64,000 bases of DNA, taken from the NCBI GenBank assembly GCA_037917675.1, contig JAVCBW010000034.1, forward strand, positions 1 to 64,000, read 5' to 3'. The notes under the pieces were generated by a model, which was given only the letters and a program-made list of their open reading frames with translations, had not been told where the DNA came from and made no database searches. Below are positions 39,314-49,646 of the stretch, piece by piece. The stretch is from Thermoproteota archaeon (GTDB lineage Archaea; Korarchaeota; Korarchaeia; B14-G2). The position numbers were made by a program, and so were the translations under genes. Every line of letters starts with the position of its first letter. Position 1 is the first letter of the stretch.

Positions 39314-40690
39314 TTAAGCTAGCTTATGCCTCCCTCCGATCTCTGAGACTGCTCTAGCTGAGAGCTCCAAGCCGAGTCTAGCAGCATCCTCGACATCACA
39401 GCCGCCCAGGAGCCCTATGGCAAGCCCAGCTGAGAAGGCGTCTCCAGCTCCAGTCGTGTCTCTTGCTGTAACGCTATCTGCTAGCAGCTCTATACACCTG
39501 TCCTCTCTCAGGATCAGACACCCCCTGCTACCGAGGGTGACTACAGCAGCTCCACAGCCCTCTCTAACCAGCTGCATGAGCTTGCTCCTCCAGCCTTCAA
39601 TAGAGCTAGCTGACTCTATGTTCAGTATGAAGACATCAGCTAGCTTAGCTATCTCAAGAGCCTGCCTGCCTCTGATCTTGATCATGGGAAGCCCAGGCCT
39701 ATAGACCACAGTCTTCCCTCTGTCCCTGGCATATCCTGCTATTACGCGAGCTATCTCCGTGTAGACCTCTCCGACATAGACTAGCTTGCTCTCCTCAACC
39801 CTCTCCCAGCTGACCTCGCTAGGAGAGCTCAGTGAGAGGGATGTCTCCTCTCTAGCTGGAAGAACCACCTGCTTACATCCGTCTCTAGCCACTAGCACTA
39901 TTGTTCTAGCTGTCTCAGCCTCCTCTGAGACTACTATGCTGCTCAAGTCTACACCTAGCTCAGCTAGCCTAGCCATAGCTATGAGAGCAGCCTCGTCAGC
40001 ACCGACCTTCGCTATGAGAGCTGTTGCAACCTCCATCTGAGCTAGAGCTGCAGCTACATTAGCTGCCATCCCACCTGGGAGAACTATGGTGTCTAGTGTG
40101 AAGTATGTTTCGTCTCTCAGAGGGAGCTCCTCAGCTGGCACCTCATAGTCTACTGCTATAGAGCCGAAGACAGCTGCCTCTATGCTCTTCCTAGTGGATG
40201 CAGCTAGGCTGCTCAGATATGACTTGAGGAAGGACTTCAGTATGAGCTTTGGGCTGACCTTGTAGTCGACACAGAACCTAGCTACGCTCTCAGCATATAG
40301 CTTGAAGAGCTCCACTGAGAGCTCTCTGACATACTCGTCTTCAGCTAGCCTCGGAGGTGAGAGGAGCATCGAGATCCAGGCTCCAAGCTTCGTGAGCCTA
40401 TACCTCCTGACCCACACCCTCTTTCCCTTGGACTCAACTCTCCCAGTAGACTCCTCTAGTAGCCCTGCTCTGACCAGCTCCCTAAGCCTCTTCACCACAG
40501 TCTTGTCTGACTTCCTCCCCTTAAAGGTGTCTACTATCTCCTGCTGCCTCACAAAGCCCCTTAGCGGCATGAGTCTAAGGATCTCCATCGCGTCCTCTGA
40601 GCCGAATGCTGACAGCAGGATCCTAGCCTGCTCATTCAGCTTGACTGGTAGCGGAAGTATGTAGGGCCATATGCTGCTCAAGCAAGCCAC
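39314..40690 (-). CDS. Winged-HTH plus PfkB/ribokinase-family kinase fusion
   Basis: N-terminal wHTH (KRLRELVRAGLLEE...YRLTKLG); GGMAANVAAALA, VTLGSRG, DTTGAGDAF. Confidence 0.85.
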   Translation of the reverse strand: MACLSSIWPYILPLPVKLNEQARILLSAFGSEDAMEILRLMPLRGFVRQQEIVDTFKGRKSDKTVVKRLRELVRAGLLEESTGRVESKGKRVWVRRYRLTKLGAWISMLLSPPRLAEDEYVRELSVELFKLYAESVARFCVDYKVSPKLILKSFLKSYLSSLAASTRKSIEAAVFGSIAVDYEVPAEELPLRDETYFTLDTIVLPGGMAANVAAALAQMEVATALIAKVGADEAALIAMARLAELGVDLSSIVVSEEAETARTIVLVARDGCKQVVLPAREETSLSLSSPSEVSWERVEESKLVYVGEVYTEIARVIAGYARDRGKTVVYRPGLPMIKIRGRQALEIAKLADVFILNIESASSIEGWRSKLMQLVREGCGAAVVTLGSRGCLILREDRCIELLADSVTARDTTGAGDAFSAGLAIGLLGGCDVEDAARLGLELSARAVSEIGGRHKLA

Positions 40691-40831
40691 CTGCCAGGCT
40701 ATTGGGCTGATGCAAGCTCCTCTTTAAACTGTGTGGTATGCCGTCTAGCAGCTGGAACCTCAGGAAGAAGGCTTTCCACCGCTTCCAGGCAAGTTTAAAA
40801 CGCTAGAGCGGAGAGCTAGCCTGGTGGTCTT

Positions 40832-41566
40832 GTGCCTGCACCCTCATCTAGACACCTAGCTCTCATAGCTGTCTTGGCGGCAGTCTATGCCATGGCATCT
40901 ATGCTCCCAGGCATACCTGTGATCGGTGGAGGAGGTAAAGGCAGAATAGAGCTAGCAGCCTTCCTTGGGCCAGTCTACGGGATGCTGATAGGCCCATTCA
41001 CAGGCTTTGCTGCAGCGTGGCTTGGAGCTCTAGTAAGCTGGGTTCTACCACCTGGGTCTTCAGGCCCATGGGGGCTTGCCACAACTCTCTGCCCAGCTAT
41101 GGGAGCTCTAGTCTCAGGGCTAGCTGTCACCCAGAGGGTCGGCAGGATGAGAGGCTGGACTCTAGCTTCAGCTGTCCTAGGAGCTCTGCTAGCTGGCTGG
41201 TACATGACAGCAGTAGGGAGGATAGCCTACTGGTATCCTCTGCTCCAGTGGGCTGGGCTCATCATGATCTTAGCTTCAGGTAGGTGGCTCCCAAAGCTAT
41301 ATGATGGGAAGTCTATGCCTGCTGCAGCTGTGCTAGCAGGCTATGCTGGCATAGTCTCAGACCACATGGTCGGTAACCTGCTCTTCATAGAGCTCGGAAG
41401 CCCACTCCTAGGGGTCTCCATGGCACCTGAGAAGATGGCTGCCCTCTTCAAGGCTGTACTACCCATCTCAGCAGCAGAGAGGATGACCATGCTCCTGCTC
41501 CTAGCGGTCATAGGTGTTCCAGTGATCTATGCTGTCAGGTCTTCAGGTGTCCTCAAACGCAGCTAA
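40832..41566 (+). CDS. Membrane protein, probable ECF transporter S component
   Basis: LALIAVLAAVY, GMLIGPFTG; about 7 TM helices. Confidence 0.65.
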   Translation: MPAPSSRHLALIAVLAAVYAMASMLPGIPVIGGGGKGRIELAAFLGPVYGMLIGPFTGFAAAWLGALVSWVLPPGSSGPWGLATTLCPAMGALVSGLAVTQRVGRMRGWTLASAVLGALLAGWYMTAVGRIAYWYPLLQWAGLIMILASGRWLPKLYDGKSMPAAAVLAGYAGIVSDHMVGNLLFIELGSPLLGVSMAPEKMAALFKAVLPISAAERMTMLLLLAVIGVPVIYAVRSSGVLKRS

Positions 41567-41579
41567 ACAAAAATGCTGA

Positions 41580-42647
41580 GTGAGCCCCCTTCTCTCAGGT
41601 GGGTGCTTGAGTAGAGTCCTACTCAGCTTCAGAAGCTATGCTCTAGCTGAGAGGGAGGAGAGGCTGGAGGCTGAGGTTACGAGAGAGCTGGCCCTAAGCC
41701 TCTATAGTAAGATGGTGCTCTCTAGGGTCCTTGAAGAAGAGCTCAAGAGGAGGTATGAGAGCTTTGAGATGAGAGGTGAGCTCCACCTCAGCCGAGGCCA
41801 GGAGGCTATCCCAGCTGGAGTATGTGAGCTCCTATCTGACAGAGACTTCGTCTCAGCTACTCATAGGTGCATAGCTCATGCTGTATGTAAGGGGCTGCCA
41901 CTAGAGGGTATCATAGCAGAGCTGTATGGGAGGGCTTCAGGAGTCTGTAAGGGTAAGGGAGGCCCAATGCATCTTGCGAGCAGCAGCAAGAGGTTTCTGG
42001 CAACAGGCATAGTTGGAGGAGGGATCCCTATTGCTGTGGGAGCTGCGTTAGCCTTCAAGACACTCAGGGAGGACAGCGTTGCAGTAGCCTTCTTCGGAGA
42101 CGGAGCTGCAAACCAGGGTACATTCCATGAGTCCCTCAACCTAGCCTCCATATACAGGCTTCCAGTAGTCTTCGTCATCGAGGACAACCAGTATGCCTTC
42201 AGTACGAGGAGAAGTGAGTCGACTGCTATAGAGGACAACGCTATTAGAGCTCTAGGCTACAGGATGCCAGGCCTAGTTGTAGATGGGAATGATGCTATAG
42301 CAGTGTATGCAGCAGCAAGGTGGGCTATAGAGAGAGCTAGGAGGGGAGGGGGGCCAGCTCTGCTGGACTGCAAGACATATAGGCTGTCACCTCACCTCGA
42401 GGTAATAGACACAGAGGAGTATAGGCCTGGAGGAGAGAGGGAGAGGTGGGAGAGGCTTGACCCAGTCAGGAGGCTAGAGGAGAAGGCGGTAGGGCTGAAG
42501 CTGGCGTCAAGCGAGGACTTCGAGCAGATATGGTCTGAGTCTAGGGAGCTGGTCGAAGAAGCATTCAGGAGGGCTCTGAGCTCCCCTCTACCGAGCCAAG
42601 AGGAGGCTTTCTGCGACTTGTTCTCAGGTGAGTGCTATGCCACGTGA
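41580..42647 (+). CDS. TPP-dependent 2-oxoacid/acetoin dehydrogenase E1 alpha subunit
   Basis: HLSRGQEA, GKGGPMH, FFGDGAANQG...N TPP motif, KTYR. Confidence 0.93.
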   Translation: MSPLLSGGCLSRVLLSFRSYALAEREERLEAEVTRELALSLYSKMVLSRVLEEELKRRYESFEMRGELHLSRGQEAIPAGVCELLSDRDFVSATHRCIAHAVCKGLPLEGIIAELYGRASGVCKGKGGPMHLASSSKRFLATGIVGGGIPIAVGAALAFKTLREDSVAVAFFGDGAANQGTFHESLNLASIYRLPVVFVIEDNQYAFSTRRSESTAIEDNAIRALGYRMPGLVVDGNDAIAVYAAARWAIERARRGGGPALLDCKTYRLSPHLEVIDTEEYRPGGERERWERLDPVRRLEEKAVGLKLASSEDFEQIWSESRELVEEAFRRALSSPLPSQEEAFCDLFSGECYAT

Positions 42648-43644
42648 GATAGCTATGTGGGAGGCCATAAACGAGGCCATGAGGCAGGAGATGGAGAGAG
42701 ATAGCAGGGTGATAGTGCTAGGAGAGGATGTAGGCAAGATGGGTGGGGTCTTCTGGTGTACTCAAGGCCTCCTAGAGCAGTTCGGGAGCTCCAGGGTAAT
42801 AGATACACCGATAAGCGAGGCTGGGTTCATGGGGATGGCTATCGGAGCAGCACTGATAGGGCTGAGGCCTATAGTAGAGCTCCAGCTCATAGACTTCTTC
42901 GGGGTGGCTTGGGACCAGATATACAACCACCTGGCTAAGATCAGGTACATGTCTGGAGGCCAGTTTAAGCTGCCAGTTGTGATAAGAGCTCCGATAGGAG
43001 GAGGCTACGGTGGCGCAGCACAGCACTCCCAGGTCCTGTACTCCATATTTGCTCACATCCCAGGGCTGAAGGTTGTAGCTCCATCAAACCCATATGACGC
43101 TAAGGGCCTGCTGATCTCAGCTATAAGATGCGATGACCCAGTCGTGTTCCTAGAGCATAAGCTCCTATATGGCCTATTCTATCTCCCACCAGGCTCCTTT
43201 GGAGAGGTACCTGAGGGCTCATATGAGCTCCCACTTGGGGAAGCTAGAGTGGCAGCTGAGGGAGACGATATCACGATAGTCGGGGTAGCATACACAGCAT
43301 ACATAGCTGAGAAGGCAGCTGAAGCTCTCAGAGAGCAGGATGTGAGCGCTGAGGTCATAGACCTAAGGACTCTAGTGCCACTAGACAAGCAGGCGCTCAG
43401 GAGGTCAGTGAGGAAGACAGGGAGGCTCCTCGTAGTAGATGAAGACTACCTCCCTTATGGGCTGACAGGTGAGGTCATAGCTACTGTAGCAGAGGACGCT
43501 GAGTCCTTTAGAGCGCTTAAGGCTCCTCCAGCTAGAATAGGGAACCCAGGTGTCCCAGTACCTTTCTCGGAGCCTCTGGAGCAAGCTGTTCTCCCATCCC
43601 AAGATAAGGTTGTAAGGGAAGCTCTAAAGGTGGTGAGGGGCTGA
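42628..43644 (+). CDS. TPP-dependent 2-oxoacid/acetoin dehydrogenase E1 beta subunit
   Basis: LGEDVG, DTPISE, AAQHSQ, DPVVFLEHK, IDLRTLVPLD. Confidence 0.95.
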   Translation: MSAMPREIAMWEAINEAMRQEMERDSRVIVLGEDVGKMGGVFWCTQGLLEQFGSSRVIDTPISEAGFMGMAIGAALIGLRPIVELQLIDFFGVAWDQIYNHLAKIRYMSGGQFKLPVVIRAPIGGGYGGAAQHSQVLYSIFAHIPGLKVVAPSNPYDAKGLLISAIRCDDPVVFLEHKLLYGLFYLPPGSFGEVPEGSYELPLGEARVAAEGDDITIVGVAYTAYIAEKAAEALREQDVSAEVIDLRTLVPLDKQALRRSVRKTGRLLVVDEDYLPYGLTGEVIATVAEDAESFRALKAPPARIGNPGVPVPFSEPLEQAVLPSQDKVVREALKVVRG

Positions 43645-44089
43645 GGGTAGCTGTCTCCCTAGCAGGCTAGCTTCATTGACGGCACATAGCTCTGCATGCT
43701 GTCAGAGTGCTGTTTAATCGCGGGCTCTGTGAGAGCAGCAGAGAGCTGAAGCTTGAGGATTGTAGCTCTAGATGTTATGTCGAGAACATAACCGGCATAT
43801 AGCTGAGAGAGGGGAGTCTTCCCCTCACGCTCGGGAAGCATGGTGTCTGGCTTCTATCTCTATGGGAGAAGCACTCGGAGGTGGGTTCTAGCCTTAGAAA
43901 GCCTCTTAGCTACATGGGATAGAGCTTTAGATGCTGCTGCAGCCACAGCTAGAAACAGGGAGATTAATAGCATTGCAAGAGGTATCGCTATAGCTGTGCC
44001 ATCCATTAACTTTCACCACGTAGCTCTCGCTGGAGCTCAGCGCATATAAAAACTTTGGCTGGCAGTAGTCTCACTGGTATAGGGCACAT

Positions 44090-44650
44090 GTGGGTGGTGA
44101 GAGGTTGAAGGCAGATGTTGGAGACTACTTCCACAGGCTCCTACACCCTAGTCTCACAGTACTCTTGGTCTCAAAGAGCAGGGGGAAGGTCAATGTGATG
44201 GCATGTAGCTGGATAACTCCTGTAAGCGAGGATCCTCCTCTGGTAGCTGTAGCTGTAGGCAGAGAGTCTCTAACTAACCAGCTGATAAGAGAGTCAAGAG
44301 AGTTCACTGTGAACATCCCTCCAGCATCTATGCTGAGTCAGGTCTGGAAGGCTGGCACTACAAGTGGCAGGAGGGTTGATAAGGTCAGAGAGCTGGGCCT
44401 GAGGCTTTCAGACCCCAGGGCAGTGTCTACTCCAGTGATAGAGGGGTGTATGGCAAGCCTAGAGTGTGTGGTGGTCAGAGAGGTTGAGGCAGGAGAGTGT
44501 ACTCTATTCATAGGAGAGGTGAAAGCTGCCTATGCTGACAGAAGCCTCTTCAAGAGAGGCTTATGGGATCTGAGCAAGACAGATCTGCTACTCCACTTAG
44601 GGTCAAGGTACTTCACAGTCCCACGTGAGAGGCTTCAGCCTCCAAGGTAG
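44090..44650 (+). CDS. Flavin reductase (flavoredoxin-like) family protein
   Basis: NVMACSW, EFTVN, GTTSGRRVDK, LEC, LFIGEV. Confidence 0.9.
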   Translation: MGGERLKADVGDYFHRLLHPSLTVLLVSKSRGKVNVMACSWITPVSEDPPLVAVAVGRESLTNQLIRESREFTVNIPPASMLSQVWKAGTTSGRRVDKVRELGLRLSDPRAVSTPVIEGCMASLECVVVREVEAGECTLFIGEVKAAYADRSLFKRGLWDLSKTDLLLHLGSRYFTVPRERLQPPR

Positions 44651-44986
44651 CTACTCCCCAAGCCTGATGACTCCCATGTCATCTAGGAAGTCTAGTATGC
44701 CATCAGCTACAGCTAGAGCCTTGACCCAGAGGCTAGCTTCGCTTGCTGCTGCAACAAGGATGCAGCAGGGGAAGTGCTCTAGGTAGGGTGCTTTTAGGAG
44801 CCTTTTTCCAGCAGCCTCAGCTACATCCTTCATGATGAAGGCTATGAACGTGGCTGCTAGAGCCACGTCATGCCCTGAAAGCTTAGATACGTAGAGCACC
44901 CATGCTGGAAGCCATATCAGGTACCAGACCACCCTCCCAGGCCCTCTATTCTTAGCTAAGAGCTTCTTAATCCTCACCATCCACAC
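44651..44986 (-). CDS. Hypothetical membrane protein
   Basis: Abuts ccdA in an operon; hydrophobic segments. Confidence 0.6.
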   Translation of the reverse strand: MWMVRIKKLLAKNRGPGRVVWYLIWLPAWVLYVSKLSGHDVALAATFIAFIMKDVAEAAGKRLLKAPYLEHFPCCILVAAASEASLWVKALAVADGILDFLDDMGVIRLGE

Positions 44987-45627
44987 TATATGACCCCCTG
45001 AGCATGAGCTATCATATAGGCTCCTACAGCAACTAGAGTTGACCCAGCAACATGCTCCATGTATCTGCTTAGCTTAGCAAGCTTAGCTGTAACCGGCTTC
45101 CTTTCAGCTATCCCACCGACTATGAGGAATGGGAGACCTGCTCCAAGACTGAATGATAGCATGTATAGTGCAGCATTGAGCAGGTCAGCTGAGGCAGCCA
45201 TAGCTACAGCTGAGATGATCACAGGGCCAGCGCATGGCGCACCGATCAAGGCGAAGGCTAGCCCTATCATAAATGCCCCCAGAACTCCCTCTTTAGCTTC
45301 AGGCTGCCAGCCTAGCCTGTAGAAGATTTGTTTAAGTGGGCTGAGCACCACAGTGCCCATCAGGACTAGTAGAGCTCCTGAGGCTGTAGCTAGCCTGCTA
45401 TACTCTGCTATGAGCATGTGGCTCACATAGGATGCCAGCACCCCATAGGCTGTGAAGCTAGCTATTATCCCAAGCATGCAGGCTGCTCCAGCCAAGAGCC
45501 CTCTTCTGCCACGTGATGCAGCTAGGTAGGTGACGAATGTAGGCAGCACTGGGAAGAGGCATCCAGAGAAGGCTACGGAGACCCCCATTATGAATGCAGC
45601 AGGAAGCTCTGCAGCCTGCAAGCTCAC
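44986..45627 (-). CDS. ccdA: Cytochrome c biogenesis/DsbD-type transmembrane electron carrier CcdA
   Basis: SGCLFPVLP and APCAGP cysteine pair, FSLGAGLPF. Confidence 0.88.
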   Translation of the reverse strand: MSLQAAELPAAFIMGVSVAFSGCLFPVLPTFVTYLAASRGRRGLLAGAACMLGIIASFTAYGVLASYVSHMLIAEYSRLATASGALLVLMGTVVLSPLKQIFYRLGWQPEAKEGVLGAFMIGLAFALIGAPCAGPVIISAVAMAASADLLNAALYMLSFSLGAGLPFLIVGGIAERKPVTAKLAKLSRYMEHVAGSTLVAVGAYMIAHAQGVI

Positions 45628-46229
45628 CTCCTCTTAGCTAGAGCTATAGCAGCTGCTGCAGCAGCTAAGACAGCTAGAGATAGGGCAGCTGGCAGCAGCC
45701 TAGAGCCTCCAGCTTCCTCTGCTGCCGTGGTTTCCTCTGGAAGCTGCCCTATTAGCCTAGAGACCTCCCTGGACACCACGTCTGTGCTTGTAAGCCCCAC
45801 GTGGAACCATGCAATAACACCCTCTCTGTCTACTAGCACTAGAGTCGGTATAGCTTTGACACCATATGCTGAGCCAGCTGCCCCCTCTGGGTCTACTAGG
45901 ACTATCCACGTCATCCCTCTGCTCTCAGCGAACTCCCTGACCTTCTCTATGCTCTCACCGAGGTCCACGGAGATTATCACGAAGTCCTCTGGCGGGTACA
46001 TCCCCCTGAGCTCAGCTAGCCTAGGTATCATCGACCTGCATGGCCCACACCAGGTGGCGAAGAAGTCTAGGAGGACTACCTTCCCTCTGAAGCTGCTTAG
46101 AGCATACTCCTCTCCATCTATCCCCTCTAGCTTGAAGTCAGGTGCCTTAGAGCCTACTTCAGGCTGGCAGGCTGCTAGGGCTCCAGCAGCTGCCATCAGG
46201 GCTAGAGATGCTGCCAGCATAGCCTTCAA
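45624..46229 (-). CDS. TlpA/ResA-like thiol-disulfide oxidoreductase, membrane anchored
   Basis: APDFKL, DFFATWCGPC, IPT; N-terminal signal, C-terminal TM plus KRR. Confidence 0.9.
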   Translation of the reverse strand: MKAMLAASLALMAAAGALAACQPEVGSKAPDFKLEGIDGEEYALSSFRGKVVLLDFFATWCGPCRSMIPRLAELRGMYPPEDFVIISVDLGESIEKVREFAESRGMTWIVLVDPEGAAGSAYGVKAIPTLVLVDREGVIAWFHVGLTSTDVVSREVSRLIGQLPEETTAAEEAGGSRLLPAALSLAVLAAAAAAIALAKRR

Positions 46230-46287
46230 GCCAGCACCAGCAGCAGGCTGGTGTACATGGTTAAAAGGTTTCTGGCAGCTATAGGCT

Positions 46288-47055
46288 CTAAGTGGTGTCA
46301 CCACACACGCAGAAGGCTTCGTTAAGCAGGTCATAAACCTCTCTCAGCCCCTCTCCTGTTACAGCTGAAGCTAGCGCCACCCTGCTTGCTGCCCTATACT
46401 TCACGAGCACCCCAGCTATCTCAGCTGCCATCTCTGCGATGACTCCGCCTGAATCAGACTGCACAGCTTCCATAGCCTCACTCTCATCCATCTCCTCAAC
46501 CATCCTCTTCAGGAGGACCCTCCTGTCATCTGGAAGCACATCCACCTTGTTCAGCACAGCTACCATTGGAGCTTCAAGCCTCAGCTCAACTGCCTTAGCT
46601 AGAGCTAGCGTCAGCACTGTCTCAGCTAAGGTTGATGGGAGAGCTGCATCTATCAGGAAAGCCCCTGCTACCCTAGCGTTCTCCTGGAGGTAAGAGACAA
46701 GCCTAGGCCCAGCCTCCCTGAAGGCGAATATCTCAAGCTGCCCAGGAGTGTCTATCAGCGTGACTCCAGCACCTGAGCTCCAAAGTGGAGCAAGAAGCTC
46801 ATCTGCTGTCTCAGCTATCCTCTCGACAGCTCTGACCTGAGCGCTATTAGGCCCAAGCCCCTCCTCCTTCATGATGCTCCTGACTGTGAAGTGCTCTCTG
46901 ATGTCGTAGTCTGGCTTATAGGGTAGGTACTCTGCTCCAGGATCCAGGTTGACTGCTAGGTGGCTCTCACCTATCTCAGCTAGCAGCTTGCTGAGTGCAG
47001 AAACCATCGTGGACTTACCTGCTCCAGCTGTGCCAAGCAGTAGGACGCATAGCAT
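46288..47055 (-). CDS. GPN-loop GTPase
   Basis: GTAGAGKS, VNLDPG, GLGPN, DTPGQLE, NKVD. Confidence 0.93.
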   Translation of the reverse strand: MLCVLLLGTAGAGKSTMVSALSKLLAEIGESHLAVNLDPGAEYLPYKPDYDIREHFTVRSIMKEEGLGPNSAQVRAVERIAETADELLAPLWSSGAGVTLIDTPGQLEIFAFREAGPRLVSYLQENARVAGAFLIDAALPSTLAETVLTLALAKAVELRLEAPMVAVLNKVDVLPDDRRVLLKRMVEEMDESEAMEAVQSDSGGVIAEMAAEIAGVLVKYRAASRVALASAVTGEGLREVYDLLNEAFCVCGDTT

Positions 47056-47127
47056 AGCCACCGCTATCATGTTATAGCCTCGACAGGCTTATTAACACTT
47101 ATATTTACCTGACCTTATGTCAGCATA

Positions 47128-47844
47128 GTGGTGAGAGGTATGGTGCCTCCGATAATCATGCAGATATGGCAGATGCTGGTAAGCTGGGTTCCAAGGCTGA
47201 TAGCTGTCATCATAATACTGCTGGTAGGCTGGATCATAGGGAGGCTGCTAGGCAAGGGTATCTCAAGGGTGCTTGACAAGGTGGGGCTAGATGATGCTCT
47301 GAGGAAGACCATATTAGGGAAGGCTATAGAGAAGTCTGGGATGAGCATAGTAGGCTTCTTCGACTTGATAGTGAGGCTCTTCGTCTACCTTGTAGCGATA
47401 TTCGCTGCAGTAGACTACCTGGGCATAGAGGTCCTCAGCGCGTACATGAAGGCTGTAGTAGAGTACCTGCCAAGCCTGCTAGCTGGCATCTTTGTGATCA
47501 TAGTAGGCTTCATAGTCTCAGACTTCATAGGGGACACGCTGGCTGCAGTAGGCAAGGAGGCTGAAGTAGCCTATGCCTCGCTGTTCGCTACAGGCCTGAA
47601 GTTCTTCCTCTACTTCATAATAATAGTCATAGGCCTCCAGATGATGAAGATCGACGTGAGCATAATATACCTGTTCGCTAAGGCAGCAGCTTGGGGTGCT
47701 GCAGTAGGCATCGGAGCAGGCTTAGGCATAGCAGTCGGGTGGGGCTTCAAGGACTATGTAGCCAGGAAGGCAGAAGAGTGGACTAAGACTCTATCAGAGG
47801 CGGCAAAGAAGGCAGAGGAGGGTGTTGGCAAGAAGGCTACTTGA
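47128..47844 (+). CDS. Conserved TM-helix repeat protein (MscS-associated/CmpX-like)
   Basis: Repeats [16 protein letters not shown] and [16 protein letters not shown]. Confidence 0.75.
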   Translation: MVRGMVPPIIMQIWQMLVSWVPRLIAVIIILLVGWIIGRLLGKGISRVLDKVGLDDALRKTILGKAIEKSGMSIVGFFDLIVRLFVYLVAIFAAVDYLGIEVLSAYMKAVVEYLPSLLAGIFVIIVGFIVSDFIGDTLAAVGKEAEVAYASLFATGLKFFLYFIIIVIGLQMMKIDVSIIYLFAKAAAWGAAVGIGAGLGIAVGWGFKDYVARKAEEWTKTLSEAAKKAEEGVGKKAT

Positions 47845-49558
47845 GCATGGGCATTCTGATTCCCTCCTTTTTTACAGTCTGGATTGCCTTCTCATAGCCT
47901 GCGTCAGCATGCCTTACGACACCTATACCAGGGTCTACTGTAAAGACTCTGAGAGCTCTCTCCTCAGACTTCTCTGTACCATCTAAGACTAGGCTGAAGC
48001 CTGCATGTATGCTGTAGCCTATGCCTACTCCTCCACCATGGTGGACTGCGACCCATGTTGCGCCAGCTGCTGTGTTCAAGAGAGCATTGAGTATAGGCCA
48101 GTCTGCTACAGCATCTGAGCCATCCTTCATCCCCTCAGTCTCTCTCATCGGTGAGGCTACGCTGCCAGAGTCAAGGTGGTCTCTACCGACCCATATAGGC
48201 CCAGCTAGCTCCCCTCTCCTTACCATGTCATTTATCATCTTGCCGAACCTAGCTCTCTCACCGAAGCCAAGCCAGCAGACCCTAGCTGGGAGCCCCTGGA
48301 ACCTCACGTGCCTCCTAGCCTTCTCAATCCACCTACACAGCCTCTTGTTGTAGCTGAACTCACTTAGTATCGTGTCGTCGAGAGCATATATGTCCTTTGG
48401 CTCACCAACTAGGCTAGTCCACCTGAATGGTCCTCTACCCTCCTCGAACATAGGCCTTATGAAGGCTTGGACGAACCCTGGGAATGCAAATGCCTCAGCA
48501 TACCCTGCCTCATAAGCCATTCTCCTGATGTTGTTCCCGTACTCGAAGACGACACTGCCCTTCTTAGCGAACTCAACCATTGCTTCAACATGCTTCCTCA
48601 TCGACGCTAGAGCTCTCCTGACATACTCTCGTGGGTCGCTTTGCCTCAGCCTAGCAGCCTCCTCAACTGAAAGGCCTTCTGGGATGTATCCGCTAAGCGG
48701 GTCATGGGCTGCAGTCTGGTCTGTCACGACATCTGGTATCACACCTCTCCTGAGGAGCTCAGGGAATACTGTGGCAGCGTTGCCTAGAAGCCCTATGCTC
48801 AATGGCCTCCTCTTCTCCTTCGCTTCCAGAGCCATGTCTATAGCCTTGTCGAGGTCATCTGTCCACGTGTCTAGGAAGCCATGCCTGATTCTCCTCTCAA
48901 TCATCCTCCTGTCGACTTCAACTATCAGCCCAACGCCTCCATTCATCGTTATCGCTAGTGGCTGAGCTCCACCCATCTCACCTAAGCCAGCTGTCAAGAC
49001 AAGTCTCCCCTCGAGGCTTCCTCCAAAGTACATGTCTGCAGCATACCCGAATGTCTCATAGGTGCCCTGAAGTATCCCCTGTGTCCCTATGTAGTTCCAG
49101 CAGCCAGCTGTCATCTGCCCGAACATTATCAGCCCCCTCCTCTCAAGCTCCCAGAAGTGCTCCCAGGTAGCCCACTTAGGCACGAGCAGAGCGTTGGCAA
49201 AAAGTATCCTAGGAGCCATCTCATGGGTCTTGAACACAGCTACAGGCTTCCCACTCTGGATTACAAGGGTCTCATCAGGCTCCATGGTGAGCAGCGTGTC
49301 TACTATGGCCTCAAAGCACTCCCAGTTCCTAGCTGCCTTCCCAGTCCCACCGTACACAATGAGGTTCTTAGGGTCCTTAGCTACCTCAGGGTCAAGTACA
49401 TTGAATAGCATTCGTAGAGCTCCCTCAATCTGCCAGCTCTTACAGTGGAGCTCAGCTCCCTTGATCACATGAACCTCTCTCTTCTCAGGGTTATAGTAGC
49501 CTTTATCAACCAGAACCTTAAGAGGCCTCGCCTCAACAGCTAAAGCTCTCTCACTCAA
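47837..49558 (-). CDS. hutU: Urocanate hydratase
   Basis: [45 protein letters not shown]. Confidence 0.97.
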   Translation of the reverse strand: MSERALAVEARPLKVLVDKGYYNPEKREVHVIKGAELHCKSWQIEGALRMLFNVLDPEVAKDPKNLIVYGGTGKAARNWECFEAIVDTLLTMEPDETLVIQSGKPVAVFKTHEMAPRILFANALLVPKWATWEHFWELERRGLIMFGQMTAGCWNYIGTQGILQGTYETFGYAADMYFGGSLEGRLVLTAGLGEMGGAQPLAITMNGGVGLIVEVDRRMIERRIRHGFLDTWTDDLDKAIDMALEAKEKRRPLSIGLLGNAATVFPELLRRGVIPDVVTDQTAAHDPLSGYIPEGLSVEEAARLRQSDPREYVRRALASMRKHVEAMVEFAKKGSVVFEYGNNIRRMAYEAGYAEAFAFPGFVQAFIRPMFEEGRGPFRWTSLVGEPKDIYALDDTILSEFSYNKRLCRWIEKARRHVRFQGLPARVCWLGFGERARFGKMINDMVRRGELAGPIWVGRDHLDSGSVASPMRETEGMKDGSDAVADWPILNALLNTAAGATWVAVHHGGGVGIGYSIHAGFSLVLDGTEKSEERALRVFTVDPGIGVVRHADAGYEKAIQTVKKEGIRMPMLK

Positions 49559-49646
49559 GCTTACACCAGTCTACAACCATGCCAGCACTTAAAAACATAG
49601 CTGGCAGAGCTACAAAGCTTAAAGCAGGAGCTGGCCTACAGCTGGC

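Noticed and set aside
43860-44005. 48-aa hydrophobic ORF on the - strand (MDGTAIAIPLAMLL...)
   Set aside because: It has a GGTG RBS-like site but is too short and featureless to support as a gene.
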